From: Cyanidioschyzon merolae
Lineage: Eukaryota
Length of the DNA stretch: 64,000 nt
NCBI GenBank assembly: GCA_000091205.1
Contig: AP006493.2
Direction: 5' to 3' (one strand)
Program-made: the position numbers and the translations under genes
Part shown: one piece after another, positions 1 through 10,990 of the stretch
Layout: each line of letters starts with the position of its first letter
How positions within the stretch are numbered: position 1 is the first letter of the stretch
Notes under the pieces: generated by a model
Seen by the model: only the letters and a program-made list of their open reading frames with translations
The model's database searches: none
Told to the model about the DNA's origin: nothing

Positions 1-8
1 AAGGAAAC

Positions 9-3000
9 TTGCAGCGTATTTCGAGAATAGCAAGCGCTCCGCGTCCGCAGGACATGGCTGGTCGTGCGGGAAGTAACTCGCGTTCAAACTTCAACGGGGA
101 ACCAGCTGAGCGGTCGCGCCGAACGTCGGCCCGAGGGTACCGCACCACGCTGGACTACGGCGGCGGTGACTGGACCGCACCCGGTCACGCGCCTGATCGC
201 GACACGAGCCAGAGCCAGGAACCCAGTGTTGAACAAGTTTCAGAGCACGAAGTACACGCCGACGTTATGGCTTCCAGCACTGCTTCCGAAGGTAGCTGCT
301 CTGCGGAGCAGCGAGAGTTTCTAACCGTAGAAAGTTACCGACAGCAGAAGAACGGGGAGCAAAAACCTGCTTCTGACTCTGGCTGGAATAGAAACGATGA
401 AACAACGGAGAGAGCATCCAGAGATACGCAATCCGGAGACGCATCTGGCATGAGCGTTACAGCGGGCGGCGCTGTGGCCTCCGTTTCGTCGTCACGGAGC
501 TCAACGGAGGCGTCGACGCCGAGGTGGCTGCATCTATCAAGGCCGCCTTCGTCTGCGGGTAAGAGTTCTGCGGAATTCTCGGAGCCAAGTGGAGCGGCTC
601 GGGAGCGTGCGCTCCGCCGTCGACGCGAGTGGAAGCGCCTGGCGTGGCGCCGAGAGGCCATGGAAATGAACCTTCTCGAAGAGCAGTTCAATAGATACTG
701 TGAGCGGATCCTGAGTGCCCGCGGCTTTTCTCGATCCGAAAGGGGCGCTGCAAGTATGCTCCCCGAATCCATAGCGCTCGCCGAACTGGCAAAGCGCTAC
801 CAGCGACGTGCCTCGACTGGGCAGCGCCTGCAGGGACTATCACCAGCCGAGATTCGAGAACGCCGCAATGCACAAAAGCGGGAAAGCAAGCAAAGGATCC
901 AACGATATCGAGAGGAGCGGGCTAGTTTGCTCCGCAGGTTCATCAGTGCATTCAAAATGGAGTTGGGTGAACTGGACGACGACAACGACAACGACAACGA
1001 CGAGATGCCTACCGAAACTGGCGAGCACGGGCGAAGTGCCGACTCCGCATACGGTGTGCATCGCGGCGATCTCTCCATAGCAAGTACCCAAGAGCGGCCA
1101 TTCTCGGAGTATGCCATCGCGGACGCAATGCGCTCGAACGCGAACCATGTCCGTCAGAAAACACGACTGCAGGCAGGTAGCCGATCCACGGCGGAGGCGC
1201 TTCAAGATATGTCAAGTTTTATTGCAGAATATCGGAAGGATGCTCTCGAGGATATGCTATTCGGTAGTCGGCCCCGGAGCGATGCTGCGAATATGGCGAT
1301 CGCAGAGCTTGATGGAAACCTGATGCTGAACCAGCAGCTCATTGGTGATGATGATACTGGCCAGCAGCTGCGAGAAGCGAATCAGATTGTCTCGGAATTA
1401 CTCGCAGAAATGGATGCAAACGGCCCACTGGTGTCGGCCTGGGATCTGAGCTTGTTGAAAACTTCGGGCATGAACACGATCATGGTTCAGAGCCCGAGCA
1501 TGGGTCGGCTTCTTGTCGGCATACAGGTGTTCCAGGGGCTCTTCACGAGCGAGCGAGCAGCCAGGGTTCTGGGGATATCGGCGACTGTCGCGCGCAACGC
1601 GCTCGAACGCCTGCACAACAATGGTTTGCTGTTGGCGATCCCGCGGACAGCGCAGCTGAGTAACGAATACGCCTATCTGGTGCCGGAGCACGTACGTCGC
1701 ATCCCGCCTCACGTTATCCTGCAACTGGCGACAGAACGCCCAACGCACAAGATGGTAACCCTAGTTGACCTGGATTCGCATTCGGTTGCTTCGGAATCCA
1801 TGATGATCGAGGCCAAACAGATCCTCTACCGCGTAGAACATAATTTTGTGCAAGAACTAAGAGAACGTCTCAGTCGCTTGCAGTTGGAGTCTCGCTCGGA
1901 TCAACCGGATGTCTGGGATCGGATTCGGATCTACTTCGACGAGCTCAAGGATGACTTTTTCTACGCCATAGAGGTTGCGCGCAACCATTACGGCATCGTT
2001 GGCGTTTCCGACTTTGTCGCCAGCTTCTCATACCCGATTCGGTACTTACTGAAAGCCGAAGCTCGTACCGGCATCTTCAGGGACATTTACGAGCGATTTG
2101 AGCCAGCGCTGCGCAGCTACTTGACATCACTGAACAGATTGGGACATAACTTGTCACTATGGACAAGAGATGTCGGCACGTCCGCTGGCGACGTCGTCGC
2201 GCTGCAGCGCCAGGTCGAGCACGGCCCGAGCGTGGCCGACTGGCATCGTCTCTACCCGACCTGTCTAGGGAATGAGCATGCAAGCGACGATGCGCTTAGC
2301 TCAGCGTTGCTCCTGGGCGGTACAGTAACGTCGGCGGCGATGCCTTCCCCGCTGGCGGAAGATGCACCCTGTGACTCGCTGACCTTGAGCTTTCCCGACG
2401 AAATCGAGCACGCTATCCTATCCGGTCTGTGTCTGTCTCGAGCTTGCATCGACTCACTCGATTACGAAGAAGCCGAGCGAATCCTGGAACAGTTACTGGA
2501 GGTATGCACGCGGCATTCTCCGATCATTATCCCGAAGAGTCAAAGCGCCAGCAGCAGCGCCCCGAGCAGTACGGCAGTGGCGCCGCTGGGCCCGCGCAGT
2601 TTCTTTCCACATCAAGAAGTCCACCTGTTGATGCATCCAACGATTCATGTGGCAATTCTGGAAAACCTGGGTCGTTCGCATGCGCTGCGGGGTCGAACGA
2701 AAGCCGCTTGTCGCTGCCTGGCGCAGACGCTGGCACTGCGTCGGCAACTGGGCCAAGAGCAATCCATCCCCTATGCGTTGACGCTGATCTCGTTCGGCGA
2801 CTCCTTGATCCGTGAACACCAACTCGAAACAGCGCGTACAGTCTTCGAAGAGGCGCTCTCTATCTTCGATCGCTTCGTACACCGATATGCAGAGCGTTTT
2901 GAGCTTTCCTCCAGAGCCGAAGCGCTCTACTACCTCGCGCTCCTGCACTTTGTGGCCGGCGATGAGCGCAAAGCCATTGAGTTGTTGAACGTGGCCCTAG

Positions 3001-3293
3001 AAGTGCTTGATGCTCGACATAGCAGTAACTTTATCTGCTGTAGTCCGCGCACCGTGCTCACACTCGAGACCATGATTTACAAACTGCTCGCCCAGATCTA
3101 CATCGCTGCCGGGCGACGCGATCGGGCGCTCGTGCTGCTGCAGAACGCACTGAACCTAATTGCTTCCACGTATGCCAGAGGCATCGAAACCGGTATTCAC
3201 GGAGGCAGCCAGTCGCAGGATGAGCGAGCGACCCGAGATCTCGTCGACGTCCTGAGTCAGCTGAGCGTCGACGCGGAATCGAATGCACGTTAA
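9..3293 (+). CDS. Large hypothetical protein (~1094 aa). The ORF is open to the window edge, so it may be 5'-truncated; the first in-frame ATG is at 54. Acidic/Ser-rich N-terminus with a DDDNDNDNDE tract, and alpha-helical TPR-like repeats in the C-terminal third.
   Basis: Uninterrupted 3.3 kb ORF ending in TAA at 3291-3293. GC-rich codon usage matches neighbouring genes. Repeated amphipathic helices of TPR type (e.g. ...EALYYLALLHFVAGDERKAIELLNVALEV...). No recognisable catalytic domain. Confidence 0.5.
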   Translation: MQRISRIASAPRPQDMAGRAGSNSRSNFNGEPAERSRRTSARGYRTTLDYGGGDWTAPGHAPDRDTSQSQEPSVEQVSEHEVHADVMASSTASEGSCSAEQREFLTVESYRQQKNGEQKPASDSGWNRNDETTERASRDTQSGDASGMSVTAGGAVASVSSSRSSTEASTPRWLHLSRPPSSAGKSSAEFSEPSGAARERALRRRREWKRLAWRREAMEMNLLEEQFNRYCERILSARGFSRSERGAASMLPESIALAELAKRYQRRASTGQRLQGLSPAEIRERRNAQKRESKQRIQRYREERASLLRRFISAFKMELGELDDDNDNDNDEMPTETGEHGRSADSAYGVHRGDLSIASTQERPFSEYAIADAMRSNANHVRQKTRLQAGSRSTAEALQDMSSFIAEYRKDALEDMLFGSRPRSDAANMAIAELDGNLMLNQQLIGDDDTGQQLREANQIVSELLAEMDANGPLVSAWDLSLLKTSGMNTIMVQSPSMGRLLVGIQVFQGLFTSERAARVLGISATVARNALERLHNNGLLLAIPRTAQLSNEYAYLVPEHVRRIPPHVILQLATERPTHKMVTLVDLDSHSVASESMMIEAKQILYRVEHNFVQELRERLSRLQLESRSDQPDVWDRIRIYFDELKDDFFYAIEVARNHYGIVGVSDFVASFSYPIRYLLKAEARTGIFRDIYERFEPALRSYLTSLNRLGHNLSLWTRDVGTSAGDVVALQRQVEHGPSVADWHRLYPTCLGNEHASDDALSSALLLGGTVTSAAMPSPLAEDAPCDSLTLSFPDEIEHAILSGLCLSRACIDSLDYEEAERILEQLLEVCTRHSPIIIPKSQSASSSAPSSTAVAPLGPRSFFPHQEVHLLMHPTIHVAILENLGRSHALRGRTKAACRCLAQTLALRRQLGQEQSIPYALTLISFGDSLIREHQLETARTVFEEALSIFDRFVHRYAERFELSSRAEALYYLALLHFVAGDERKAIELLNVALEVLDARHSSNFICCSPRTVLTLETMIYKLLAQIYIAAGRRDRALVLLQNALNLIASTYARGIETGIHGGSQSQDERATRDLVDVLSQLSVDAESNAR

Positions 3294-3541
3294 AGAGACC
3301 GCGCATCTGAGAAAAGCTTTGTAAACGACGCACTGTTTTGTGACCTGTATACTGGGCGTCTCTGTTGCATGGTCGCCTTGCCCCGTGCAGGCGCAATGCC
3401 CAGTGCTCCAGCGGGTGGTGGAGGTGGTGGTGATGATGGTGATGGAGCGCGCTTTGCAAGCGCCGCACCAGGCAGCATGCGCATTCTGCGCCTTGTAGCT
3501 GACTGGCAGCTAGCGTCTCGCAAAGCAGGCGTGCCGCTCAG

Positions 3542-4786
3542 TCAGCTCTCCTGGGTAGCAGACGAAACCGGCGAGACGCTGGTCGATGACGCGATCGCCT
3601 GGAGGTACGGTGGTATCCACCAGGCAAAGTACCAGTTCGCGATGCTGGCTGGACTTCGACCAGAGACCCGCAGCAAGCGCTGTGTTCCCGGAACGGCTGC
3701 ATGGAGGTCGGTGTCCGCTAACGGCACCAGTGCTGTTGCCAGGTTTGCGATAATCGTCCCGAGAGTGGCCACGCTCCGCTTCTGGGTTGCTGCTGATGCA
3801 ACCGGTTCAAGTTGCGGCCGCTCGACGGTATCGCTTTCGACCCTGAGCAGCTGCTGTTTCAGAGCGGGACCTGGCCATGCGAGCACCTCGCTTGGGAACA
3901 GGAGCGCCAGTTCGGGTGGCAACGTCGCGTCTGGAGGTCGCTGCAAAAAAGCGGCAGCCGCCTCGGCACGCTGTAGGGCGTCGGTTGCATCCGGAGACAG
4001 AATGCCTGCAACGGTGCGTTTGCGAATCACACCCGTGTAATGGGTGCGAGCGGTTAACTCTTGTCCGAGATAGCAGCCCTTGTCGAAAGCGATCGCTCCA
4101 AGCTGTTCAAAGTTACATTCGAGCGGTAACGACTGGCCCGGGACCACGTCCTGAATGCCCTGCGGAATCGCATGGAGCACGCGATGTGCCTCGGCAAGCC
4201 AGTATGAATGATAACAACGCTTGTGTTGGCCAGTTCCAGGCATCGTTGTGCAAGCTGGTGTCGACGACGTTAAGCACTGCCAGCGGCGCATACCCAGCAC
4301 GGGGGAGCGCGGGTCGATCGCATGCATCTCCTCGTGACCGGCAGCGGAAACACGAGTTTCAACCTGTTTCACTGTCCCAGAACGAGTATCCGTGTTTGAA
4401 CCGCTCCCCTGGTGTGCGAAAGCTTCCACATACAGCGTCGCAGGCAGGTGTTCCCATGCAACGCGCGCTCGCATTCGGTGCAACGTCAAGTGGCGGAGTG
4501 CGAGCCCCACGACTCGCCCGTCGATGTCCAAGTACACGCGCTCCGGGCCGTGAATCCATACCAGGGCTTCAAAAAGCATTCTGCCACGTCTATCAAGAAA
4601 GCAAGTGCTCGTACAAACCGGTCCCTGCTCGTTCGCATAGCGTGTCAAGTGCGCGGTGCAGAGACCGTGCAGAAACGGGGTTGTGTCGGGGCCACGGACC
4701 AGGACGAGCGCACGTCGCGGCCTTCGCGGTGTTGCTACCCGAGCGAATAAGTGTCGAATCCGCGGAAACCCCTCATTCGATTGCAT
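3542..4786 (-). CDS. IBA57: IBA57/CAF17 (YgfZ/GcvT-like) putative mitochondrial Fe-S cluster assembly factor, 414 aa.
   Basis: ATG at 4786-4784, stop at 3544-3542. Carries the family signature KGCYLGQELTARTHYTGVIRKR (K-G-C-Y-x-G-Q-E), near-identical to metazoan IBA57. Arg-rich presequence-like N-terminus. Confidence 0.8.
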   Translation of the reverse strand: MQSNEGFPRIRHLFARVATPRRPRRALVLVRGPDTTPFLHGLCTAHLTRYANEQGPVCTSTCFLDRRGRMLFEALVWIHGPERVYLDIDGRVVGLALRHLTLHRMRARVAWEHLPATLYVEAFAHQGSGSNTDTRSGTVKQVETRVSAAGHEEMHAIDPRSPVLGMRRWQCLTSSTPACTTMPGTGQHKRCYHSYWLAEAHRVLHAIPQGIQDVVPGQSLPLECNFEQLGAIAFDKGCYLGQELTARTHYTGVIRKRTVAGILSPDATDALQRAEAAAAFLQRPPDATLPPELALLFPSEVLAWPGPALKQQLLRVESDTVERPQLEPVASAATQKRSVATLGTIIANLATALVPLADTDLHAAVPGTQRLLRVSGRSPASIANWYFAWWIPPYLQAIASSTSVSPVSSATQES

Positions 4787-7700
4787 CGCACGAGTGTCAG
4801 ATCCAGTAGCTGCTTGCGTCGAGCGCTACCCAGCACGTTTGCAATAGACGCTGTTGTCGAGCGTTCGACAGCGTCGCCGCGGCTCGACGCTGCTGCAAGA
4901 CTCGAAGGACTCGCTTACCCAGAGCAGTGAACACTGAACCCCTGTGTACCAGCACAGTCTTTTGGTTCTCCTTCGTTGTTCTCGCAGGTACTCAATAACA
5001 GTTATGGGTTGCGTACCTGGGAGAGACCGGCCGCGCGATGCGTTTTTGACGACAATGCTGGCATGCGAGCATGCAGCTGGACTTGTTGTACGGTCAGCAG
5101 GAGGATACATGACCCTGTGTTTCGTCCTTATCCTGAACGTGGTGCACTGTCAGTGGAACTTGTAAATTCTCTATGTACTTGACTGTCTCATCGTCAATCC
5201 ATTCTGCTCGATACGGTCTCTGAGAAATTCGAAGAAAGCAGCCATAGGATATGAAGTTTCCGTACCTTTCATCTGAGCTGTGATGAAGCGACACAACTAG
5301 CCAAAGAAACAAATGCGATTCTATAGGAACATGTCGCTCGTTGAATAACGGATAATTGATGTCGTACTGAAACAGCAACGCTGATTCCAGTGGGTATGGA
5401 TGCTCGTCGCACCCGATGAGACTTTCTTCAGGAAATATGGTAGGGATGGATACGCGCTCCCAAACAAGAGCAAAACGCTGTCCTCAGAGAAGAGCACAGT
5501 GTGCATTCCGACCACACCAGTATCAGCCGCGATGCAATCGTGTCGTCACTTAGAAATCCCGAAACGAACAGGATCGCTCAAAAGCTCATCCTTCATCGAC
5601 GCAGGTCGTGACTTCTGTTTCCGTTCCTCTTGCCTTCTCTTCGTCGGAATCGCTTTTCTTCGCTCATTAGCGGTCAAAGAGTAGGCAGCCTCGAGAGGCG
5701 TCACTTTGCTCGTTGCCCCAGCATATTCCGTCCAGTTTAATCCCGTCGGAGGTGTCTTCGCTATTGTTAGATGCCACGGCTACGCTTGCGTACGCAATAG
5801 ATGACTCGTGCGCATACGTGAAAACGTCCGTCAACCAATGGTTCTCCAGCTTCACCAGCAGCGAAATACTGTGCTGCAGTCCGGCGTTTGCGTCGGAGCG
5901 AGGCGAAAGACCGCGCTCCTTTCTATGGGCGTGCTCGCGACACAAAAGGTGAACGAAGAGGAACTCGTGGCTTAGTCGACACGTACGTACTCTACGAAGG
6001 CGGACTTTTTTCCTACTGATTATCCAGTGCGTCTGAGTCGCGAGGCAGCAAATGGATACAGAGTACAGCGCTCGCATCCACGTCATCCCGCCATGTGAAT
6101 GTGAGCTGAAACAGCACCGGACGAAGTTGAGGCGATCCTCCCGAAAATGGGATGAGAAAGGACGGCAAGGGAAAACATTCGGAGCGGAAGCAACAATCTC
6201 ATACATTTATCCAGGCCACTTTATAAGAACACATCAACATGGAGAATCTTCCACAAAGTGTGGTTCAGGACGCCATCACGCATCGTGTAGCCTGTTGCTC
6301 CAGGAACGCTCGCACAGCTTCTCCAGTCTTGACGTATCTCGTCATGCAACTGTTTGGACGAGCTCCGGTCGCAGGGATGCCAGGTGTCAACATTCCTCTG
6401 GAATTTCTCGTTCAAATCTTCATACGAAAACTGATACTGGGCACAGAGGATGCAAAACGACCAGATCGTAGGATCAGGGATTCGTATAGATTCACTTACC
6501 AGAATACCTCGACGTTTCGCCGTGTCATCTCAGCAACTGAAATATGGTACACAGTTCAGGTGCCCAGAAGTATCAACCCAATCTCAAGGATCAAAACGAC
6601 ATGCGAGTCAATGTAGTGCGCTTCATGAAACGCACAATGCAGCGATGGTTTCCGTCGTACCCTCATTACATTCACCCAGAAAAGTCGGGACAAACCGAAG
6701 GCGCTGTCCAGCGGTGTGATAGAAGCAAATAGCAGACTGGTGATGGCGGAAGCGATCGATATGGTAGGGAAAGTCGCTTGAGATCGTCCAAGCTCATGGT
6801 GTCACCTCTGACTGCGAGTCGGCGAAGGTTGCCTCTAAATAACGAATGAAACGTGATGCCTCTCTTCCGTGCATCTCTCGCTACAACTCTTTTCTGGACG
6901 GAGCCCGCGAACCCGAAGCGAATTCCCTACCCCAAGTCGGGCGCTCTGGACTCCTCAGACACCTATACGACGTGATGCGCATGCCCTACATCATGAGGCA
7001 TCACATCACTGCAGACACTTTTGTGGAATACTGTACGATCTTTATTGTGAGCTGCGGCTGATCTAAGCATGAAACTAGGAAGCACTCACAAAAAGTTCGC
7101 ATGGAGCATAAGCGATACGATTTCAGTGTTTCTCGTTTCCAGGCACGATGCGGAAAAAGGTTTCCGGACAAGATGAAGCGCTGCGCACTAGCCATTTTCA
7201 TTCACTTTTCTGAAACTCGAGCCTGACCCCAGCAACAGAACTCGCTTTCAACCGATCCGGGGAGAGGAAGAGAAAGAATTCGTGGTAGGTATAGATCCGG
7301 GGGTTTCGGGTGGTCGTACGCGTTGCCCCAGGCCCGACATCACAGGCACGGCGCCAAAGACCTGAACAGAAAACAGATGAACCCCCTCAACTTTTCCAGG
7401 GCTCGGTATCATCCCACATCGGGCGTGACAGACGCCAATTTGCATACGTTCAAGTGGAATGACGGTGTCGGGAACCGTCTCGATGTTCTGCGCCCCGTAC
7501 CGATCGGAAGCAGATGTTATGTGCGCTTTCTTCGGAGCGTCGATGATCGTCCCAGAGGCTCACACGGACGCTCTCTGGCAGGAGCACATGAAACGCGCGG
7601 GGATCGTCGCCTGTTTCTGTCGCATGAATGCAAGCAGCCTGCAATCTCTAACTTGTCCAATGCATTGGAAAAAGGAAATGCCCCATAACTCGCGTCGGTT

Positions 7701-8640
7701 GATAGAAGCTTCCAGCGCTGGACTTGCTGGAATGTGCAGGGATTCCACACCCGATCCCTTGACGAGAGCGCAGAACAAGTGCAGGAATTGATGCTGCTCG
7801 ACTCCCATCGTTCGATTCATTGGGATGTATACGCAACACGGGCACAGCTGCAAAATGAAGCAGCATAGGAGAGCGCAAACAGATCTGGATGCTTCAAATG
7901 GCATCCGATAAGCTGATCGAGTCTCAGCTGGCGAGGCGGTAGACGGCAAGCCGCTCGCTACAGTATGCTTGGACGAGCAAGTGTCCACCCGAGCACTTTC
8001 CGCACCGGGCATTGAACACCTCGATCAACACCAGGACGTGTCTTGCTCGTCTGTAATGTGAACGGGTTTGTGCTGAACTGCACTCCAAGGTAATCAATTT
8101 TATCTCTCTATGCACGTATTGTGCGGAGACGCTACTGACTTTCGATTCAAAAATCAGTGCCATGCGAGAAAGAGCACTGGGTTCTCGTTTCGAGCACGCC
8201 ACCGGTACGGCACATTCCAGGATTTCAGCAAGCCTGGAACGCTGCACGCAAAAATGACGTGAACGATTTTGCCCGGTAATTGGAGAACAAAAATGGTGTT
8301 CCACCATTCGATATTACAAAGCATACTGGTGCAGTGGGTTGCGCTATCGATGCACCCTTTCGATGATGAGTGGGTTCCAGCGGGTCAGTTCGTCCGCGAT
8401 GCCGCCACGTAGCGCTCCTATGCAAGGGGTGCGAATGCTCCTGCGTACCCGCGGGCGCCAGATGACGGGCAGACAGGCAAAGTGACCGACCGATTGTCCG
8501 TCCGTCCCGCTGAATGGCTGAACGCGTGACTGTCCGTCCATCTGCCTGTTTGTCTTTTTCATGTTAGGATTGATAGCGCCAGCATCGGGGCGGCAACGTT
8601 GAGGTTTCGGGATCATCATGCACACACAGGGTGATAAACT

Positions 8641-9500
8641 TTACGCAGCCCCACTCTGGAGCGCTTTCATGCCAGCAGCCTCGGATATCTGCTCGTACGT
8701 CGGTACACCATACATCTCTCCGTACAGAACCACGGTCGGGCGTGAGCGCAACATCCTCGTTGCTACGCGGAAAATGTCCTTCTCTGTGACTTTTTCGATC
8801 GCAGCGTACAAAGTAGCTGGTTCTATGTACTGGCCCGCGGTGAGAATTTGCCGTCCGAGGTCCTCGCACACCACGGTGTTACTCTCGAGATTCATAAAAA
8901 CTGAAGCTTTGGTTTGATTCTTGGCTCGCACCAGTTCCGCACGCGTGACCTGCCCCATCTTGGCAATCTCTTCACAGATGATTTCCGCCAACTCCGGCAG
9001 GCGGCCAGACTCCGCACTCGCGTGGATCCCAAACAGACCCGAATCGGTATAGCAGTGATTGAAACCAGTGCATGACTGCACCCAGGGATGCCGATTCAGG
9101 ATACCCGTATAAAGTCGCGAGTACATGCCCTTACCAGGTCCGCCAGCTGAAAAGGACCCGCCGCCTCCCAAGAGGGTGTTCAGCACCGCCACCGGAATGA
9201 GGTCGGGATCCGACCACGAGACCGCCTCACAGGCAACGGCGATCTGGGCAAGTCCGTCGCCGTCAAGGCGCGCTTCACCCCCAGTGTAATGCGACGCCAT
9301 ATCCACCACGGCCTTGTCCGCGGGTGGACGTGGCAACCAGCCCAGGGCTCTCTCGGCAACGCGCAGCAGCTGCTCGTGGCCAATACCGACCGCTGCAACC
9401 ACAATATTGCCTGGATTCTGTAATCGCTCGCTGAGAAAACGTTTGACAACTTCTGGAGTCAATTTCTTTCGCCTTTTTTCGTTCATGAAAAGCGGTAGGC
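8641..9500 (-). CDS. Mitochondrial processing peptidase alpha-subunit-like, exon 2 (C-terminal M16 inactive domain).
   Basis: Peptidase_M16_C-type sequence with a Gly-rich loop (LLGGGGSFSAGGPGKGMYSRLY), characteristic of MPP-alpha/core-protein subunits. Stop at 8643-8641. Confidence 0.7.
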
Positions 9501-9871
9501 CTAGATAATGTCAAAAGATTGGTTAGTATCACGTTCTTGTTTCACGTAACGAAATGTGGGTGCGCTCCGACACAGTCAGAGCCTCGCGACCTTCGAAAAG
9601 GGTTCCACTCTGCCTGCTCTAGCGCGCATCCGATGGATTCTCCGTGAGCTGGCCGGCTCGATATCATCGAGCGACCACGAGGCGACACAGCACGTGCCGG
9701 CCGGTGGCAGCCGACTCACGCTTCTCATCCGAGCGAGAAGCAACATCTTATTCTCCGAAGCGGTACCAGCGGTGCAGGTGGCAAATGCGTGAAAGAAACG
9801 CACACCCCACCGCACTCTCTATGCCGAAGTTGCTTCGGTTGCCACCAGCGAAAATAAATTTCACAACTTAC
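9501..9871 (-). other. Spliceosomal intron (371 nt, not a multiple of 3) in the MPP-alpha-like gene.
   Basis: On the minus strand the donor is CTAG|GTAAGT (plus-strand acttac at 9866-9871). The branch point is TACTAAC (plus-strand ggttagta at ~9519-9527), about 30 nt upstream of a pyrimidine-rich tract ending in the tCTAG| acceptor at 9501-9502. Splicing joins the two halves of an M16 peptidase in frame (…NTLG|GLPLFMNEK…). Without it the gene is interrupted by TGA at 9863-9861. Confidence 0.6.
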
Positions 9872-10658
9872 CTAGTGTGTTGCCCTGATAGGCAGTCGCG
9901 TGGAGCGCTTCCACCAATTGTAATTGCGTGTCCTTGCCCATCGCGTGTTCCTGTTCGTATTCGATCACTTTGAGCGCGTCCTGCAACTCCGCTCGGATGC
10001 CATCATCGAGGGCGGCGGAAACCTCCCCGTACGCCATGAGCTGCGGACGCACTGCCGCCTCACAGACAAGGTTTATGAGCTCAGGAGCGGCGTCTCGTAA
10101 GCACTCCCCAGTAAAAGCAATAGACTCGCGTGCCGCTGCACAGCCAACAGAACCTCCGGTGCGTTCAATATCCTGCGCAAGTCGAAAACGGGAGCGCTCG
10201 AGCGTTGCCGAACGGAACGCCAGTGTCTCTAGTGCGTGCGTACTCCCAGCGGTGAAAAGATCCTCGTACCGAGATCCAGCATTAAAATAAACGCCGAACG
10301 ACGTCACCAGATCGTTTGCCGAGTGCGCCTTGGGCGAGGCGTTCACAGGCGTCACCACCCGCACGCCATTGTCCAGGAACGACACGCGACATCCGCTGGG
10401 TCGTGGAGTTGCTGTGGCGGCCTCGGGTGCCGGCACACCGGCCAGAGGGCTCGACAAAGGTACCTCAAACCCAAACCAGCCTTGCAACTTGCGCCAAACC
10501 CATGGCGGGCGCCCGCTCTCTGCCCCGCTTTCGCTACTCGGGGAGGTCGCTTTGAGCGTGGAGAAGCGGGCCCCGCGCAGACTTGCAGCAATGGAGTTGC
10601 GCAACCGACCCGACGGCCAGGCCGCTTCTGCGATCCCGCGAGATGCAAAGCTTAACAT
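9872..10658 (-). CDS. Mitochondrial processing peptidase alpha-subunit-like (inactive M16 peptidase), exon 1. The longest ORF runs to 10670 but begins with TTG; the first ATG is at 10658.
   Basis: Motifs LDNGVRV, AGSRYE and HALETLAFRSAT (HxxEx rather than HxxEH) with the GG..C..ARE..A.TGE spacing typical of MPP-alpha. The exon ends ...YQGNTLG immediately followed by GTAAGT. Confidence 0.7.
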
Positions 10659-10849
10659 AACCAAGCGCAAAGGTTACTACACGCACCCTCGTTCAGCACT
10701 CGAGGGGTACTTGCTTTTCGAACGCGCCGCTTCTGTAACGCGCTACGAACGCGGCTGCTCAAGCGCGGTGTATCGCCCAGTGCGGCGGCATCGAAGGGCG
10801 CCTCAGCGGCGTCATCGGCTACTGGAATGGTGAGCACATCACAGGGTCT

Positions 10850-10990
10850 CTTTCTTTTAGTCTTTCAACACAATTACGTTCCACGTCCAGGTGTGTATCA
10901 TTAGCTGCTTTTACCCGGGTTATAGCAGATGCGTTCAAAGTGCGTTCATTGGAAGAAATAAAAAGTCCAAGGGAATGGGACGGGTACATA
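10850..10990. other. Copy 1 of a conserved ~140-bp intergenic element; its paralogue lies at 16430-16570.
   Basis: Roughly 75% nucleotide identity over ~140 bp, e.g. cgtccaggtg.gt.tc...ctgctttt.cc....tta.tagca.atg.gtt.a..gtgcgttcatt.gaagaaata. It lies 170-320 bp upstream of the MPP-alpha start. Confidence 0.5.

Noticed and set aside
3369-4040. Numerous 60-300 aa ORFs antisense to or overlapping the large genes (e.g. 3369..4040, 3877..4809, 22622..23158, 44095..44511).
   Set aside because: Spurious long ORFs on the opposite strand are expected in GC-rich coding DNA. They show Arg/Ala/Gly-rich low-complexity translations with no domain signals.
8641-10670. Two adjacent M16 peptidase ORFs read as a frameshifted pseudogene or two separate genes.
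   Set aside because: The break coincides exactly with a consensus 5' splice site, branch point and 3' splice site that restore the frame. An intron is the more parsimonious explanation.
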